A stretch of DNA of 64,000 nt, taken from a virus. Lineage: Duplodnaviria; Caudoviricetes. Shown here piece by piece: positions 1 to 9,786 of this stretch. The notes beneath the pieces were generated by a model. The model worked only from the letters and a program-made list of their open reading frames with translations, was not told the DNA's origin and did no database searches. The stretch is taken from positions 19,776 through 83,775 of IMG/VR virus record IMGVR_UViG_3300021255_001778; one strand, given 5' to 3'. The translations under genes were made by a program, and so were the position numbers. Numbering within the stretch: position 1 is the first letter of the stretch; each line of letters starts with the position of its first letter.

Positions 1-24
1 TCAGGATCTTCTACAGTATCCGGA

Positions 25-234
25 TTGTTGGGATCTTCTACAATATCCGGATCGTTAGCTATGCCATTTGGTGCAATCGACGCTGAGATTGAAGAGCTTC
101 GAAATGAATTACAGAATATTCGTTTGGGGGCAGACGGTACTACATATGACACGGCAGGTATCTCTGTCAGAACACAGATTCAGAATATTATAAACAACTC
201 TCCTACCGTGGAGAATGGTAAGTTAGTCATTTAA
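25..234 (+). CDS. 3' end of a tail/receptor-binding protein (probably truncated by the window edge)
   Basis: Frame appears open from the window start; RLGADGTTYDTAG segment resembles Firmicutes phage tail proteins; directly upstream of tail genes. Confidence 0.5.
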   Translation: MLGSSTISGSLAMPFGAIDAEIEELRNELQNIRLGADGTTYDTAGISVRTQIQNIINNSPTVENGKLVI

Positions 235-244
235 GAAAGGAGGC

Positions 245-1390
245 GTGAATATGGCTCTTAATGTTACTGTTGTTAAATTTAGAAAAGGAAACACCACTGC
301 TCTCGCGTCTCCTTTGTATCAGTATGACTACGGTCAGATTATTAAAATAGAAGGTCTCGATCTGCCAGACGCTTACGAGGTTCATTTCGACAATGTACTT
401 GATGGCGTTGAAGCGATACCTCAGATTGGCACAGCCGACGGCGTTGTCATCCCGGATGTTCTTCTCGAGGAATCGGATCCGATTTACGCATGGGTCTTCC
501 TTCACGAGGGCGAGGATGATGGTGAGACAAAGTATGTCATTACCATTCCTATAAAGGCACGTTCTAAGGCCACACAGGTCACTCCCGATCCTGTTAAGCA
601 GGATGTTATCACTCAGACGCTAGCGGCGCTGAATACGGCTGTAAACAAGGCTAATATAGCTATTAAGCATTATCCTTATATCGGCGAGACTGGTACGTGG
701 CTCGTGTGGGATGTTGAGACTGAAGCGTATGTCGATACAGAGATTGACGCTACAGGGCCGCAAGGCGAACAGGGTATTCAAGGTGAGGTTGGCGAAACTG
801 GAAATGGCATCGAGAGTGTCGTATTAAATCAAGACTATACTCTCACTATCAATTATACGAATGGTGATACGTACACAACATCGTCTATCAGAGGCGAGAA
901 GGGTGCGACCGGTGATGCTGGTAATGGCATTCAGGATATTCGTATGAACGCTGACTATACTCTCACTATTACTATGGAAGACGGATCGGTATATACTACC
1001 ACTTCTATCCGTGGTGAAAAAGGTGAAAAGGGTGCGGACGGTGCGACTGGTAACGGAATAGATAGAATTACATTGAATCAGGATTACACCCTGACTGTGT
1101 ATTTTACGGACGGAACCTCGACCACGACATCTTCTATTCAAGGGCAGAAAGGTGAAAAGGGCGAGAAAGGAAGTACTGGAGATACTGGCAACGGTATTGA
1201 TCATACCGTCCTTAACGACGATTATACACTTACGATTTATTATACAGATGGAACGTCTTTTACTACTACCCCAATTCGTGGCGCTCAGGGCGAGCAAGGT
1301 ATTCAGGGTGAAAAAGGCGAGAAAGGTAAGGACGGATCTAAGATTGAATTTAATAATGGCGTGATGATTATCACAGGAGGTGACGCATAA
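245..1390 (+). CDS. Tail fibre/baseplate protein with collagen-like Gly-X-Y repeats
   Basis: Repeated GPQGEQGIQG / GEKGEKG tracts alternating with GNGI..LN.DYTLT..Y.DG...TT modules; AGGAGG SD. Confidence 0.8.
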   Translation: MNMALNVTVVKFRKGNTTALASPLYQYDYGQIIKIEGLDLPDAYEVHFDNVLDGVEAIPQIGTADGVVIPDVLLEESDPIYAWVFLHEGEDDGETKYVITIPIKARSKATQVTPDPVKQDVITQTLAALNTAVNKANIAIKHYPYIGETGTWLVWDVETEAYVDTEIDATGPQGEQGIQGEVGETGNGIESVVLNQDYTLTINYTNGDTYTTSSIRGEKGATGDAGNGIQDIRMNADYTLTITMEDGSVYTTTSIRGEKGEKGADGATGNGIDRITLNQDYTLTVYFTDGTSTTTSSIQGQKGEKGEKGSTGDTGNGIDHTVLNDDYTLTIYYTDGTSFTTTPIRGAQGEQGIQGEKGEKGKDGSKIEFNNGVMIITGGDA

Positions 1391-2910
1391 TGCCATATGT
1401 TAATGTAATAAAAGACAAGGATACAGGCATAGAATATGAATTAACGCCGTCTTCTACCGCCGCTCTGTACAGCGCCAGCAGCACTTACGCAGTTGGCGAT
1501 TTTTGTTATTATGACGGAACTTTGTATAGATGCAAAACGGCGATCACAACTGGCGAAGCTTGGACAGCTGCTCACTGGGAAGCGACCACAGTCGGAGACA
1601 GTTTGAACGATGATGTATCGAACTTAAAGGACAATTTAAACGATTTAAACGATGCTCTTGGTACAACAGAACAAAGTGATAATTTGCTAAACCCATTGGG
1701 TTTTTCTGAAGGTTATTATTCGAGAGGAGCGTGGGTTGAGTCTACCACCTATTTGACAAGTGATTACATGGAATGTTTCGCTGAATCCGTGTATATTCAT
1801 ATGTTCAATCTGAATGATGGAACCTTGCAGGATACAGCACGAACATTCAGTTATATCTACTGGTTTGATGCACAGAAGAATTATCTAGACAGAACAAATC
1901 TTACGGCTGGAACAACTAGCTATAGTGTGCCAGATGGAGCGGTATTCTTCCGAGTCATGGATAGCAAAACCAGTATAACGAATAAACTGAATGACAACAA
2001 AGGCTTCTACGTTGGAGTCAAGGACACAGTAACATGGATTGCATACGATAAAGGCGGTGTGCCGAATTATGTTGAAATCATTGATGGAATAAATTCCAAA
2101 ATTCAGAGTGCTTCATTAACTTTTGCGAATGGGGTTTACACGATAACAACAAATCATGCACGTTATATCATGCAACGAGTTACAATTCAGTCCGAAAATC
2201 TTGATACTTTCCGCCTATATAGGGGGGACCTTGTAAAAGGAAATGAAACATTCAACATGTGGAACAACTCTGATGCGGAAGGGGCTATTAGAATACAAAA
2301 CGAGACGGATTTCGTAAGTGGTTATCATGGCTCTGAAAAAATGACAGCTTATAAAATTTTTATGGACGGGGTAGACGTTACTTCTGAATTGTCCATTGAT
2401 TCAGATTTTAACACGTTAATGTTCTATGTTGAATCGGATGTTTACCATTGTTATCAAGACACATCTGTTGCGGACATCGTTGCGTTCAAGAGGAGTAAAA
2501 TCGTTTGCTTTGACGGTGACAAAGTAACTATCAGTAATTCATACGTTGCACAAGAACCTTTGACTATTACGTCCGCAAAAATTACTCTGTTCCAATGCTA
2601 CAAAACGGATGGAGACACCCCTATTTTTACTGATTTTTCGGTAAATACTGATTTTAAAAATTATTCAGTTTCAACTGTGGCAACGAGTAAGCCTACAGAT
2701 AGCAACAAAATGTCCGAGGCAATTTTAAATACAACGTATGGAAATATTCGCTTTAAATCTCTTATGACAAGCGGACAATCATACAAGGGAAGCGTTACTG
2801 ATTTTGCTTCGCAGAATCGTATTAAGTTCTATTTTGATACAATTTCTACGCCTACAGAAGTTCAAAGTGGAGAACAGATTGCGTCGCAATTTGAATTTGA
2901 AATAACTTAA
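1390..2910 (+). CDS. Putative receptor-binding/tail protein with N-terminal small carbohydrate-binding-like module
   Basis: YSASSTYAVGDFCYYDGTLYRC...W resembles CBM5/12-type modules; short coiled coil LKDNL then beta-rich C-terminal region; start overlaps upstream stop. Confidence 0.55.
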   Translation: MPYVNVIKDKDTGIEYELTPSSTAALYSASSTYAVGDFCYYDGTLYRCKTAITTGEAWTAAHWEATTVGDSLNDDVSNLKDNLNDLNDALGTTEQSDNLLNPLGFSEGYYSRGAWVESTTYLTSDYMECFAESVYIHMFNLNDGTLQDTARTFSYIYWFDAQKNYLDRTNLTAGTTSYSVPDGAVFFRVMDSKTSITNKLNDNKGFYVGVKDTVTWIAYDKGGVPNYVEIIDGINSKIQSASLTFANGVYTITTNHARYIMQRVTIQSENLDTFRLYRGDLVKGNETFNMWNNSDAEGAIRIQNETDFVSGYHGSEKMTAYKIFMDGVDVTSELSIDSDFNTLMFYVESDVYHCYQDTSVADIVAFKRSKIVCFDGDKVTISNSYVAQEPLTITSAKITLFQCYKTDGDTPIFTDFSVNTDFKNYSVSTVATSKPTDSNKMSEAILNTTYGNIRFKSLMTSGQSYKGSVTDFASQNRIKFYFDTISTPTEVQSGEQIASQFEFEIT

Positions 2911-2948
2911 AGATACCATTATTTAAGTAAATTTGCCATATAAATGTA

Positions 2949-2977
2949 TTGACAATACTACCCTTCTCGCTTATAAT
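2949..2977 (+). promoter_or_regulatory. Consensus sigma70/sigmaA promoter for the tyrosine recombinase gene
   Basis: TTGACA (2949-2954), 17-bp spacer, TATAAT (2972-2977); the -35 overlaps the 18-bp repeated motif at 2934-2951. Confidence 0.85.
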
Positions 2978-3021
2978 CCTAAGTATAAGAACGAATGATT
3001 ACAGGCGAGGAGGTGTTATTT

Positions 3022-4011
3022 GTGCCTGATTACAAGAATCAAGTTATTAAAAATATAGAAGTTATACTTGTCGAGAACGATAACTACTCTGCGGATTTGA
3101 TGGATAAAATTGTATTGATGCTGAACGACTATGATATCACTAAAACGTGTACTGACATAGTAGCGTACGACGATATCAATGAACGGATTTTGAATAGATA
3201 TTGTGCATGTTTATATGTAGACGGTAAATCTGAAAAGACTATATATCAGTATAGAAGGTGCGTGGAGAAGTTTATCGGATACATTAAGAAGACCTTCATT
3301 GAAATCGATGTCTATGATATCAGAATGTATCTCGCATCAGAAAAAGAACGTGGATTAGCCGATCGAACCACAGAGAATACAAGAGCTAATCTTTCCGCCT
3401 TCTTTCAGTGGATGACTGATGAGGAAATGATCAAGAAAAATCCATGCCTTAGTATCAGGCCGATAAAATGTAAGAAGGAAATAAAGCTTCCGTTCTCGAG
3501 CGTTGAACTTGATGCGTTGCGTAGCGCCTGTAGAAGCGATAAGGAACGTGCGATCATAGAGCTTCTGGTAACGTCAGGCATACGTGTGAACGAACTATCT
3601 AGAATGGATGTGACAGATATTAATTTTTCAGATATGTCAGTACACGTTCGGTTCGGTAAGGGTGCAAAAGAAAGGGTTACATTTATTAATGATGTAGCCA
3701 AAACATATATACAAAAATACATATCAAAAAGAAAAGATAGAAATATATCACTGTTCTGCAACAGAGCTGGAGATAGACTTGATACAGGCGGAGTCAGATA
3801 CATAGTCAATAGCATCGGCGAAAGGGCTGGTATAGATAATGTCTATCCGCATAGATTTAGAAGGACATTCGCTACTACTCTTGCCGCTCGCGGAATGGCG
3901 ATACAGGAAATTCAGAAGCTGCTCGGGCATAGCAATCTTAACACGACTATGGAATATGTTATCACAAGTGAGAGTATTCTGAGAGGATCCTATGATAAAT
4001 TCATAGCTTAA
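3022..4011 (+). CDS. Tyrosine recombinase (XerC/D-like, with N-terminal core-binding domain)
   Basis: SGIRVNE, GKGAKER, HRFRRTFA, LLGH...TTMEY supply the R-K-H-R-H-Y set; likely GTG start at 3022 after GAGGAGG (ORF track starts at 2995). Confidence 0.92.
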   Translation: MPDYKNQVIKNIEVILVENDNYSADLMDKIVLMLNDYDITKTCTDIVAYDDINERILNRYCACLYVDGKSEKTIYQYRRCVEKFIGYIKKTFIEIDVYDIRMYLASEKERGLADRTTENTRANLSAFFQWMTDEEMIKKNPCLSIRPIKCKKEIKLPFSSVELDALRSACRSDKERAIIELLVTSGIRVNELSRMDVTDINFSDMSVHVRFGKGAKERVTFINDVAKTYIQKYISKRKDRNISLFCNRAGDRLDTGGVRYIVNSIGERAGIDNVYPHRFRRTFATTLAARGMAIQEIQKLLGHSNLNTTMEYVITSESILRGSYDKFIA

Positions 4012-4015
4012 TATA

Positions 4016-4219
4016 ATGGGGGTGACAGACGTGATGATTGCTGGCTCGGTGATGAATCAGATAGACTGGAAAGATTATTGCTATAAGAATGGTTTGGATG
4101 AACGAAAATGTAAGGATTGTTTTTGGTATTCTGATGTCACTGTAAAATGTTGCGAACGTGATGGATCGTATCCGTGCGATCAGCTGAGTCCTGCTTGTTC
4201 TGAGTTTTTAAATAAGTAA
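4016..4219 (+). CDS. Small Cys-rich hypothetical protein
   Basis: CKDC...CC...C...C pattern; downstream of recombinase and before a terminator. Confidence 0.5.
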   Translation: MGVTDVMIAGSVMNQIDWKDYCYKNGLDERKCKDCFWYSDVTVKCCERDGSYPCDQLSPACSEFLNK

Positions 4220-4251
4220 GGACATTTATGTCCTAACAAAAATGATTGACT

Positions 4252-4280
4252 GCCGGAGGGTTACTGCTCTCCGGCTTTTT
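4252..4280 (+). terminator. Rho-independent terminator
   Basis: GCCGGAG...CTCCGGC stem followed by a T tract. Confidence 0.7.
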
Positions 4281-4282
4281 GA

Positions 4283-4588
4283 ATGGAGGAAATGAGAATG
4301 GATATTATTGAGATTATTACAGAGATTGGTGTTGTTGTCGGTATCGTAGCTCTGTGCTACATCATTGGAATTGGTCTGAAGGCGTGGAACAAATTCACTG
4401 ATAATTGGATCCCGTTCATGATGGCTGTTTCTGGTGCTGTGATTGGCGTGATTAGTTACTTTGTCGAGCCGACTTTGCTCGGTGAGGTCGGAGGAATTAT
4501 GTCTGCGATTATTAAAGGCGCAGTGTCCGGTCTGGCAGCGACAGGAATCAACCAGGTTGTTAAACAGGCACAGAAACCTGCTGAATAA
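4283..4588 (+). CDS. Phage holin
   Basis: About 100 aa with three hydrophobic segments and a C-terminal GLAATGINQ motif; upstream of the endolysin. Confidence 0.85.
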   Translation: MEEMRMDIIEIITEIGVVVGIVALCYIIGIGLKAWNKFTDNWIPFMMAVSGAVIGVISYFVEPTLLGEVGGIMSAIIKGAVSGLAATGINQVVKQAQKPAE

Positions 4589-4616
4589 AATTCTACTTTT
4601 ATAAATCAGAAATGAG

Positions 4617-4931
4617 GTGATTTTAGTGACGCGTGGGACTACTCCTACACATACATTCACCACAGATATAGATTTATCCGAAGCTACAGCTATTTATGTT
4701 ACCTATCAGCAGGAAGGTGAGAACCTTGTTGAGAAGACACTCGAGGATGTTACGTTCATCGACGGTGGGTTTCAGGTGACACTGACTCAGGATGATACTC
4801 TCCTCTTCTCTTCGGATAAAACAAAGAAAGTGTATATTCAGGTCAGAGCCGTTCTTTCTGATGAAACAAGAATTGCATCGAATATCATCAGAACAGATAT
4901 ACATGCGATTCTGAAAGACGGTGCGATATGA
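4617..4931 (+). CDS. Hypothetical protein resembling BppU N-terminal-like domain
   Basis: RGTTPTH.F......YVTY.Q...LTQ.DTL pattern common in Firmicutes phage late regions. Confidence 0.45.
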   Translation: MILVTRGTTPTHTFTTDIDLSEATAIYVTYQQEGENLVEKTLEDVTFIDGGFQVTLTQDDTLLFSSDKTKKVYIQVRAVLSDETRIASNIIRTDIHAILKDGAI

Positions 4932-5092
4932 TCTTTCGAATTGAATTTGATCAGGACTCTGACTTCAAGCTATCGATGGAGGACACGGACGTCATGCCAA
5001 TGACGTTTCAAGAGAACAATGAGTTCGACATCAAGATAGCTGATTATGAACCACAGACAACTGCCGAGGCTTAATGCCTCGGCTTTATTTAA

Positions 5093-6904
5093 TTGGAGGT
5101 GAGTCCGTTGGCAAATAAAAATGTAACTGCTCTTGACGCTATTAATGTCATGAGATCGTGGATTGGTTTGAGCCGAGCCGCACAGACGCACAGAGTGATT
5201 ATAGATATCTATAACAGTCATACTCCTCTCGCAGTTGGTTACAAGGTCTCGTACTACGACGATTACTGCGACACAACGGTATCTGCTGTCTTTATTAAGC
5301 TTGATGCTGTAGAGATGATTGGCGGAACTGAATGTGGAGTCGAGCGACATGTTCAGATTTTTAAACAGGCTGGTATATGGGAGGAAGACGGATCTGTAAG
5401 ACCTGAGCCAGGATGGATTATTGTCTACAATTGGGACGATAACACACAGCCTAATGATGGGTATTCTGACCACATCGGTTTCGTAGAGTCTGTTTCCAAT
5501 AATGTAATCACTCTTATCGAAGGGAATATGGACGGTGGCGTTGTTGGTCGTAGACAGATCCCTATTGGATATGGATATATTCGTGGTTTTGCTAAGCCGA
5601 AGTATGCAGCTTCTGCTAGTGAACAGACTATCTCATCTTCTTCTACTCCGAAGAAATCTATAGAGGAAATTGCCAATGAGGTTATGGATGGTAAGTGGAG
5701 CAACGGCGATACTCGTAAGTCTCTTCTTGCTGCTGCCGGATATGATTACAACGCTGTTCAGGCGAAAGTAAATGAACTGTTAAACGGTACGTCTAGCTCG
5801 CCGAGTCAATCTACAAGCAATACTACAACTGTAAAAGGAAGTGATGGCATGACAAAGACTGTTATTGACGTGTCTTATGCTCAGCCGAACGTTGATTGGA
5901 ATAAAGTTAAATCTCAGATTGATGGCGCGATTCTTAGATGTGGATATGGTTCTGACATTTCTTCTCAGGATGACAAACAGTGGGCTAGAAATATCGCAGA
6001 GGTAGAACGTCTGGGCATTCCGTATGGCGTGTACCTGTATTCATATGCAAGTAATTCTTCTGAGATTCAGAGCGAAATCAACCATACCCTGAGATTGATT
6101 AAAGGACACAAACCGAAGCTCGGAGTTTTCTACGATCTTGAAGAAGCTGGAAATGGTGCTGTTGCTGCACAGGCCGCAAAGACATGGTGCAAGCAGATTA
6201 AAAATGCTGGGTATCGTCCCGGCATTTATTGTGGCGCTTATTTCTATAAAGCGTATTTGAATGGCGTACACAACGCAGTAGATGCTCTCTGGTGGATTGC
6301 TGGATACGGCACGAACACTGGTGTGCCTCAGCTCAATTATAAGCCGAATACAGGCTTTGAATACGATGCATGGCAATATACCAGCGTTAAGACTTATGAC
6401 GGCATTAATGGAGGTGTAGACACCTCAGAATGGTATGCTAGCTTCGATGATGACGTTAAGCCTGCAACCGATACGAATATCTATTATCGTGTGCACTGTC
6501 AGACACACGGATGGATGAACGCTGTATCTAACGGTGAATGGGCTGGCACAAGCGGCGAATCAAAACGTCTTGAAGCCTTAAAGATCACTCCGCCTGAAGG
6601 AGTGGAGCTTGAGGTCACTGTTCACATTCAGACATATGGTGACAGAACATACAAAGGAATAAAGAAAGGTGTGTCGTCTGGACTTGGTTCTTCTACGAAC
6701 GATCCGATCATCGGTACGACTGGCGAAAGCAAACGTATTGAAGGCATCACGATTAAGTGTACGAAGAACACGACAGGAAAACACATCAAATATCAAGGAC
6801 ACTGCCAGACCTATGGAGATACAAAAATCTGTTCTGATGGCGAGTTCTGCGGAACGAAAGGTGAGTCTAAGAGATTAGAGGCTATTAGGATTTGGTTTGA
6901 GTAA
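5093..6904 (+). CDS. Modular endolysin: CHAP-like + Cpl-7 (CW_7) repeat + GH25 muramidase + ChW repeats
   Basis: YCDTTVS...DHIGFVE (CHAP Cys/His); IANEVMDGKWSNGDTRK..L...GYDY..VQ..VN (CW_7); IDVSY.Q...YDLE (GH25); YRVH.Q..GW...GT.GESKRLEA..I (ChW). Confidence 0.9.
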   Translation: MEVSPLANKNVTALDAINVMRSWIGLSRAAQTHRVIIDIYNSHTPLAVGYKVSYYDDYCDTTVSAVFIKLDAVEMIGGTECGVERHVQIFKQAGIWEEDGSVRPEPGWIIVYNWDDNTQPNDGYSDHIGFVESVSNNVITLIEGNMDGGVVGRRQIPIGYGYIRGFAKPKYAASASEQTISSSSTPKKSIEEIANEVMDGKWSNGDTRKSLLAAAGYDYNAVQAKVNELLNGTSSSPSQSTSNTTTVKGSDGMTKTVIDVSYAQPNVDWNKVKSQIDGAILRCGYGSDISSQDDKQWARNIAEVERLGIPYGVYLYSYASNSSEIQSEINHTLRLIKGHKPKLGVFYDLEEAGNGAVAAQAAKTWCKQIKNAGYRPGIYCGAYFYKAYLNGVHNAVDALWWIAGYGTNTGVPQLNYKPNTGFEYDAWQYTSVKTYDGINGGVDTSEWYASFDDDVKPATDTNIYYRVHCQTHGWMNAVSNGEWAGTSGESKRLEALKITPPEGVELEVTVHIQTYGDRTYKGIKKGVSSGLGSSTNDPIIGTTGESKRIEGITIKCTKNTTGKHIKYQGHCQTYGDTKICSDGEFCGTKGESKRLEAIRIWFE

Positions 6905-6919
6905 GACATTGTCTGGAAA

Positions 6920-7381
6920 GTGAGGTTAAGTCCGATGGGACATATAGATTGGAATGCTGTGTTAATCGCAGCCATAGCTTTTCTTGGCTCGGCTGGTATA
7001 TGGAATTATATAGATCACAGACAGCAAAGACTAGATGACAAAGAAAAGGATAACAGTGAGGTTCTTAAAGAACTGAAATGTATTCGAGAGGAAATTGCTG
7101 AGATAAAAGGTGGAATGGCTGAAAATGAAGCGAAGTTGAGACGTGTTCGTATTCTTCGATTTGCGGACGAAATCTTTATGAATATCCGGCATACGAAAGA
7201 TAGTTTTGATCAAGTCTTGTCGGACATAACTGATTACGAATCATATTGTGATTCACACCCTGATTTTAAGAACAACCAAACAGGTGAAACTGTAAAGTAT
7301 ATTAAAAGGGTGTACGCTAAGCGAATGGAAAAGAAAGACTTTGCTCAATACGAGCCAAAAGATCTTGACACAACAGATTAA
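6920..7381 (+). CDS. Membrane-anchored lysis-module protein
   Basis: N-terminal TM (AVLIAAIAFLGSAGIW) then coiled coil; last plus-strand gene before the terminator. Confidence 0.55.
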   Translation: MRLSPMGHIDWNAVLIAAIAFLGSAGIWNYIDHRQQRLDDKEKDNSEVLKELKCIREEIAEIKGGMAENEAKLRRVRILRFADEIFMNIRHTKDSFDQVLSDITDYESYCDSHPDFKNNQTGETVKYIKRVYAKRMEKKDFAQYEPKDLDTTD

Positions 7382-7391
7382 AATATTAGTT

Positions 7392-7422
7392 AGACCGTGC
7401 CTTTGGGTGCGGTCTTTTTTTT
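7392..7422 (+). terminator. Rho-independent terminator ending the late/lysis transcript
   Basis: AGACCGTGCC-TTTG-GGTGCGGTCT stem followed by a T run. Confidence 0.85.
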
Positions 7423-7445
7423 ACGCGATCTGCTCCAGCAAGTAT

Positions 7446-7637
7446 TGATGACATGTTTGATGACAGTCGGTTTGATGACACCGTAGAATCATTGATATTA
7501 CTGCGTTTGCGGGATTCGTGTTTACCGTTCAAATCCCCCTCTCGCTACTTACTCCCATCGCGGAAGCCTTTATTTTTAAGGGTTTCCGCGTTCCTTTTTT
7601 CAAGCGACAGGGCTGAAATTGATGACACTTGATGACA
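7446..7637. other. Putative attP: five TGATGACA arm-type repeats flanking a tRNA-3'-end-like core
   Basis: TGATGACA at 7446, 7458, 7473, 7620 and 7630; core candidate GTTCAAATCCCCCTCTCGCTA (7527-7547) looks like a T-loop plus acceptor strand; abuts the integrase 3' end. Confidence 0.75.
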
Positions 7638-8889
7638 CCTGAGACAGCGCTATTATCTTCTCTTTCGTTTCACTGATGTCGTAGTTATAGCACATCTCAT
7701 TAGTAGTCTCTAAATGTCCGAGCATGTTAGCAACAGCTCTTACAGGTAGGACTGTCCTCAGTAAAGAGGAAACAGTCCTACGTATCCCATGGATAGAAGT
7801 CTTTTGTATACCAGCATCTGATGCTCTTCTTGCTGTCGCGCAACTTATATCATGTCCGGTATATCTACTCCCATCCTTTCTAGCAAAAATGAAACCGTTC
7901 TCATCATATGTGTCTAGTACTTTTAGTCTGTCAAGAAGTAGTTTAATCTCAGCTGTCATTGGGATTTTTCTGTGTTTGTGGCTTTTCGGTTCGCCGATAA
8001 CGAGTTCGCATGACTTATCTTTGTAATCAAGTCGATGCTCTGAGAAGTCCACATTTATATACTCGTCTGTGATACTATCCCACCTCAGTACTGCGATCTC
8101 ACCAACACGCATCCCAGTAAGTATCGCCAACTCTATAGCATAGTCAGGCATATAATTAGGATGTTTTTCTTCATGTGCGACTACAGCATCTCTTAGCTTG
8201 TGAAGCTCTTCTATAGTAAGAACACGATCCGCATCTTCTTTCGGTTCTGCGTAGCTACACATTGATAACAGTAATCTCACATCAAGCATGTCGGCTGGGC
8301 TATCTTGTAGCAGCCCGGATCTTATTGCGTAACTGAACATTTGTCGTATATATCCGATAAGGTTATTCGCACATCTCTCTTTCATTGTATTTACCTTAAT
8401 CAGATTTACGATTTCTGTCTCCAGTATCACCGGAGTGATGGTCTTTATCGGAGCGCTTGCAAATTTGCATTTAGATAGATACTTATCATAGTCTCTTTCG
8501 AAACGACGTATGGTTGACGGCGACAACCCTTTGTTCTTGTTTACAGCTCCGACAAACTTGCGTTTGTAATCGAGCCATTTATTGAACAGATCGGCGAACG
8601 TCATCTCACATCCATCAAGCATATAGAACTCCAATAAATAATGACGCATCTCATCTTCGTTTTTCTTGCGAACCTGCCTCCTTCCGTTTGGTTTGGTAAT
8701 GTCTGGTACATATGATATACAACGTCCATCTTTACCAACCGTAATAGAGTATCGGTGAACTTGTTCTAGTATCATTTTCATCATGGTCTCCTTATCTGAT
8801 CCCACGATGTCATCAAACGATATTATACCATTTGCTATGTAATATTTGAACAGCGTTTCTTCCGATACCCTATCACGTCTTACGCTCAT
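7600..8889 (-). CDS. int: Phage integrase (tyrosine recombinase)
   Basis: TGMRVGE, EPKSHK, HGIRRT, LGH...NEMCY; 429 aa with N-terminal arm-binding-type region; adjacent to attP-like site. Confidence 0.92.
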   Translation of the reverse strand: MSVRRDRVSEETLFKYYIANGIISFDDIVGSDKETMMKMILEQVHRYSITVGKDGRCISYVPDITKPNGRRQVRKKNEDEMRHYLLEFYMLDGCEMTFADLFNKWLDYKRKFVGAVNKNKGLSPSTIRRFERDYDKYLSKCKFASAPIKTITPVILETEIVNLIKVNTMKERCANNLIGYIRQMFSYAIRSGLLQDSPADMLDVRLLLSMCSYAEPKEDADRVLTIEELHKLRDAVVAHEEKHPNYMPDYAIELAILTGMRVGEIAVLRWDSITDEYINVDFSEHRLDYKDKSCELVIGEPKSHKHRKIPMTAEIKLLLDRLKVLDTYDENGFIFARKDGSRYTGHDISCATARRASDAGIQKTSIHGIRRTVSSLLRTVLPVRAVANMLGHLETTNEMCYNYDISETKEKIIALSQVSSSVINFSPVA

Positions 8890-9062
8890 ACCTTTGCGTA
8901 TGTGCAGAATATATCGTCGAAGTAGTAAATAGTAAACGTCCTATTGCAATCCAGACATTTTCTCTGACATTCTTCTCGTTCGCTAAGAACTTCCATTTCT
9001 CTCTTGCTTACGCGGCCTTTTGTCCCACAATAAGGACATTGTATTACTCGAGAATCATCCAT
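8886..9062 (-). CDS. Small zinc-ribbon protein (58 aa, absent from ORF track)
   Basis: Manual translation MDDSRVIQCPYCGTKGRVSKREMEVLSEREECQRKCLDCNRTFTIYYFDDIFCTYAKV; CxxC...CxxC; ATGA overlap with the integrase start. Confidence 0.6.
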   Translation of the reverse strand: MDDSRVIQCPYCGTKGRVSKREMEVLSEREECQRKCLDCNRTFTIYYFDDIFCTYAKV

Positions 9063-9063
9063 A

Positions 9064-9786
9064 TTAACTTCCCCTCTTTTGGTTATCGTCCCATGTTAGT
9101 CCTTCCGGCCACGGTTTATCAGCCCATCTTTTTACGATATCCATTTCTGTCCAATCACCATGTCCCGCAAAATGAATTACTTTAGGATTATCACCATGCG
9201 CAGTCCAATCATTTGCGTTATAATTGCCATCCATTTCTAGTATTCTACCCTGGCAAAGATAATTATTAACGTCTTGTTCCACCCATGTATACTTTCGCAG
9301 ATTCAATACGTTTATGATTTCTTGAGCCTTTCCATCTCTTAATTTGTCGAGGTTGTACATTGCAACTCCTGTATTGCAATAGAGTAACCCATAATAGCAT
9401 CTATGACTTTCAGGCGCTGCTGCGAAGTAATAATCGTCAAGGTTCAATTGCCACAATTCAGATATATCGTCATTAATGATTACATCTGAATCCATGACAA
9501 GAACTCTATCTATATCTTGTGGCAATACGTAACACATAGCAATACGCATCATTGCCATGTATGTAAACTGAGAGTTCATATTAGGTCCGTTAGGATAGAA
9601 AAATTTTTGATCTGATACATTTATTGTCCGCACCTCGTTCGGTAACGGATATGGGAAAACATCATCTTCAATAAGAAAGAAGACTGTTACGTCGTCTACA
9701 TGTGAGAGCAAACTCTTTACAGACGGAAGCATATCTTTATACATATTTCTTGTTCCTGTATATGCTGCATATTTCATGACCAACAC
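9064..9786 (-). CDS. Glycosyltransferase family 8
   Basis: RIAMCYVLP...RVLVMDSD (DxD), NTGV...L, EQD..N and HF.G motifs. Confidence 0.85.
   Translation of the reverse strand: MLVMKYAAYTGTRNMYKDMLPSVKSLLSHVDDVTVFFLIEDDVFPYPLPNEVRTINVSDQKFFYPNGPNMNSQFTYMAMMRIAMCYVLPQDIDRVLVMDSDVIINDDISELWQLNLDDYYFAAAPESHRCYYGLLYCNTGVAMYNLDKLRDGKAQEIINVLNLRKYTWVEQDVNNYLCQGRILEMDGNYNANDWTAHGDNPKVIHFAGHGDWTEMDIVKRWADKPWPEGLTWDDNQKRGS

Noticed and set aside
760-1340. Repeated DNA blocks in the tail gene as a nucleotide repeat array
   Set aside because: They are explained by protein-level collagen and beta-module repeats with synonymous divergence.
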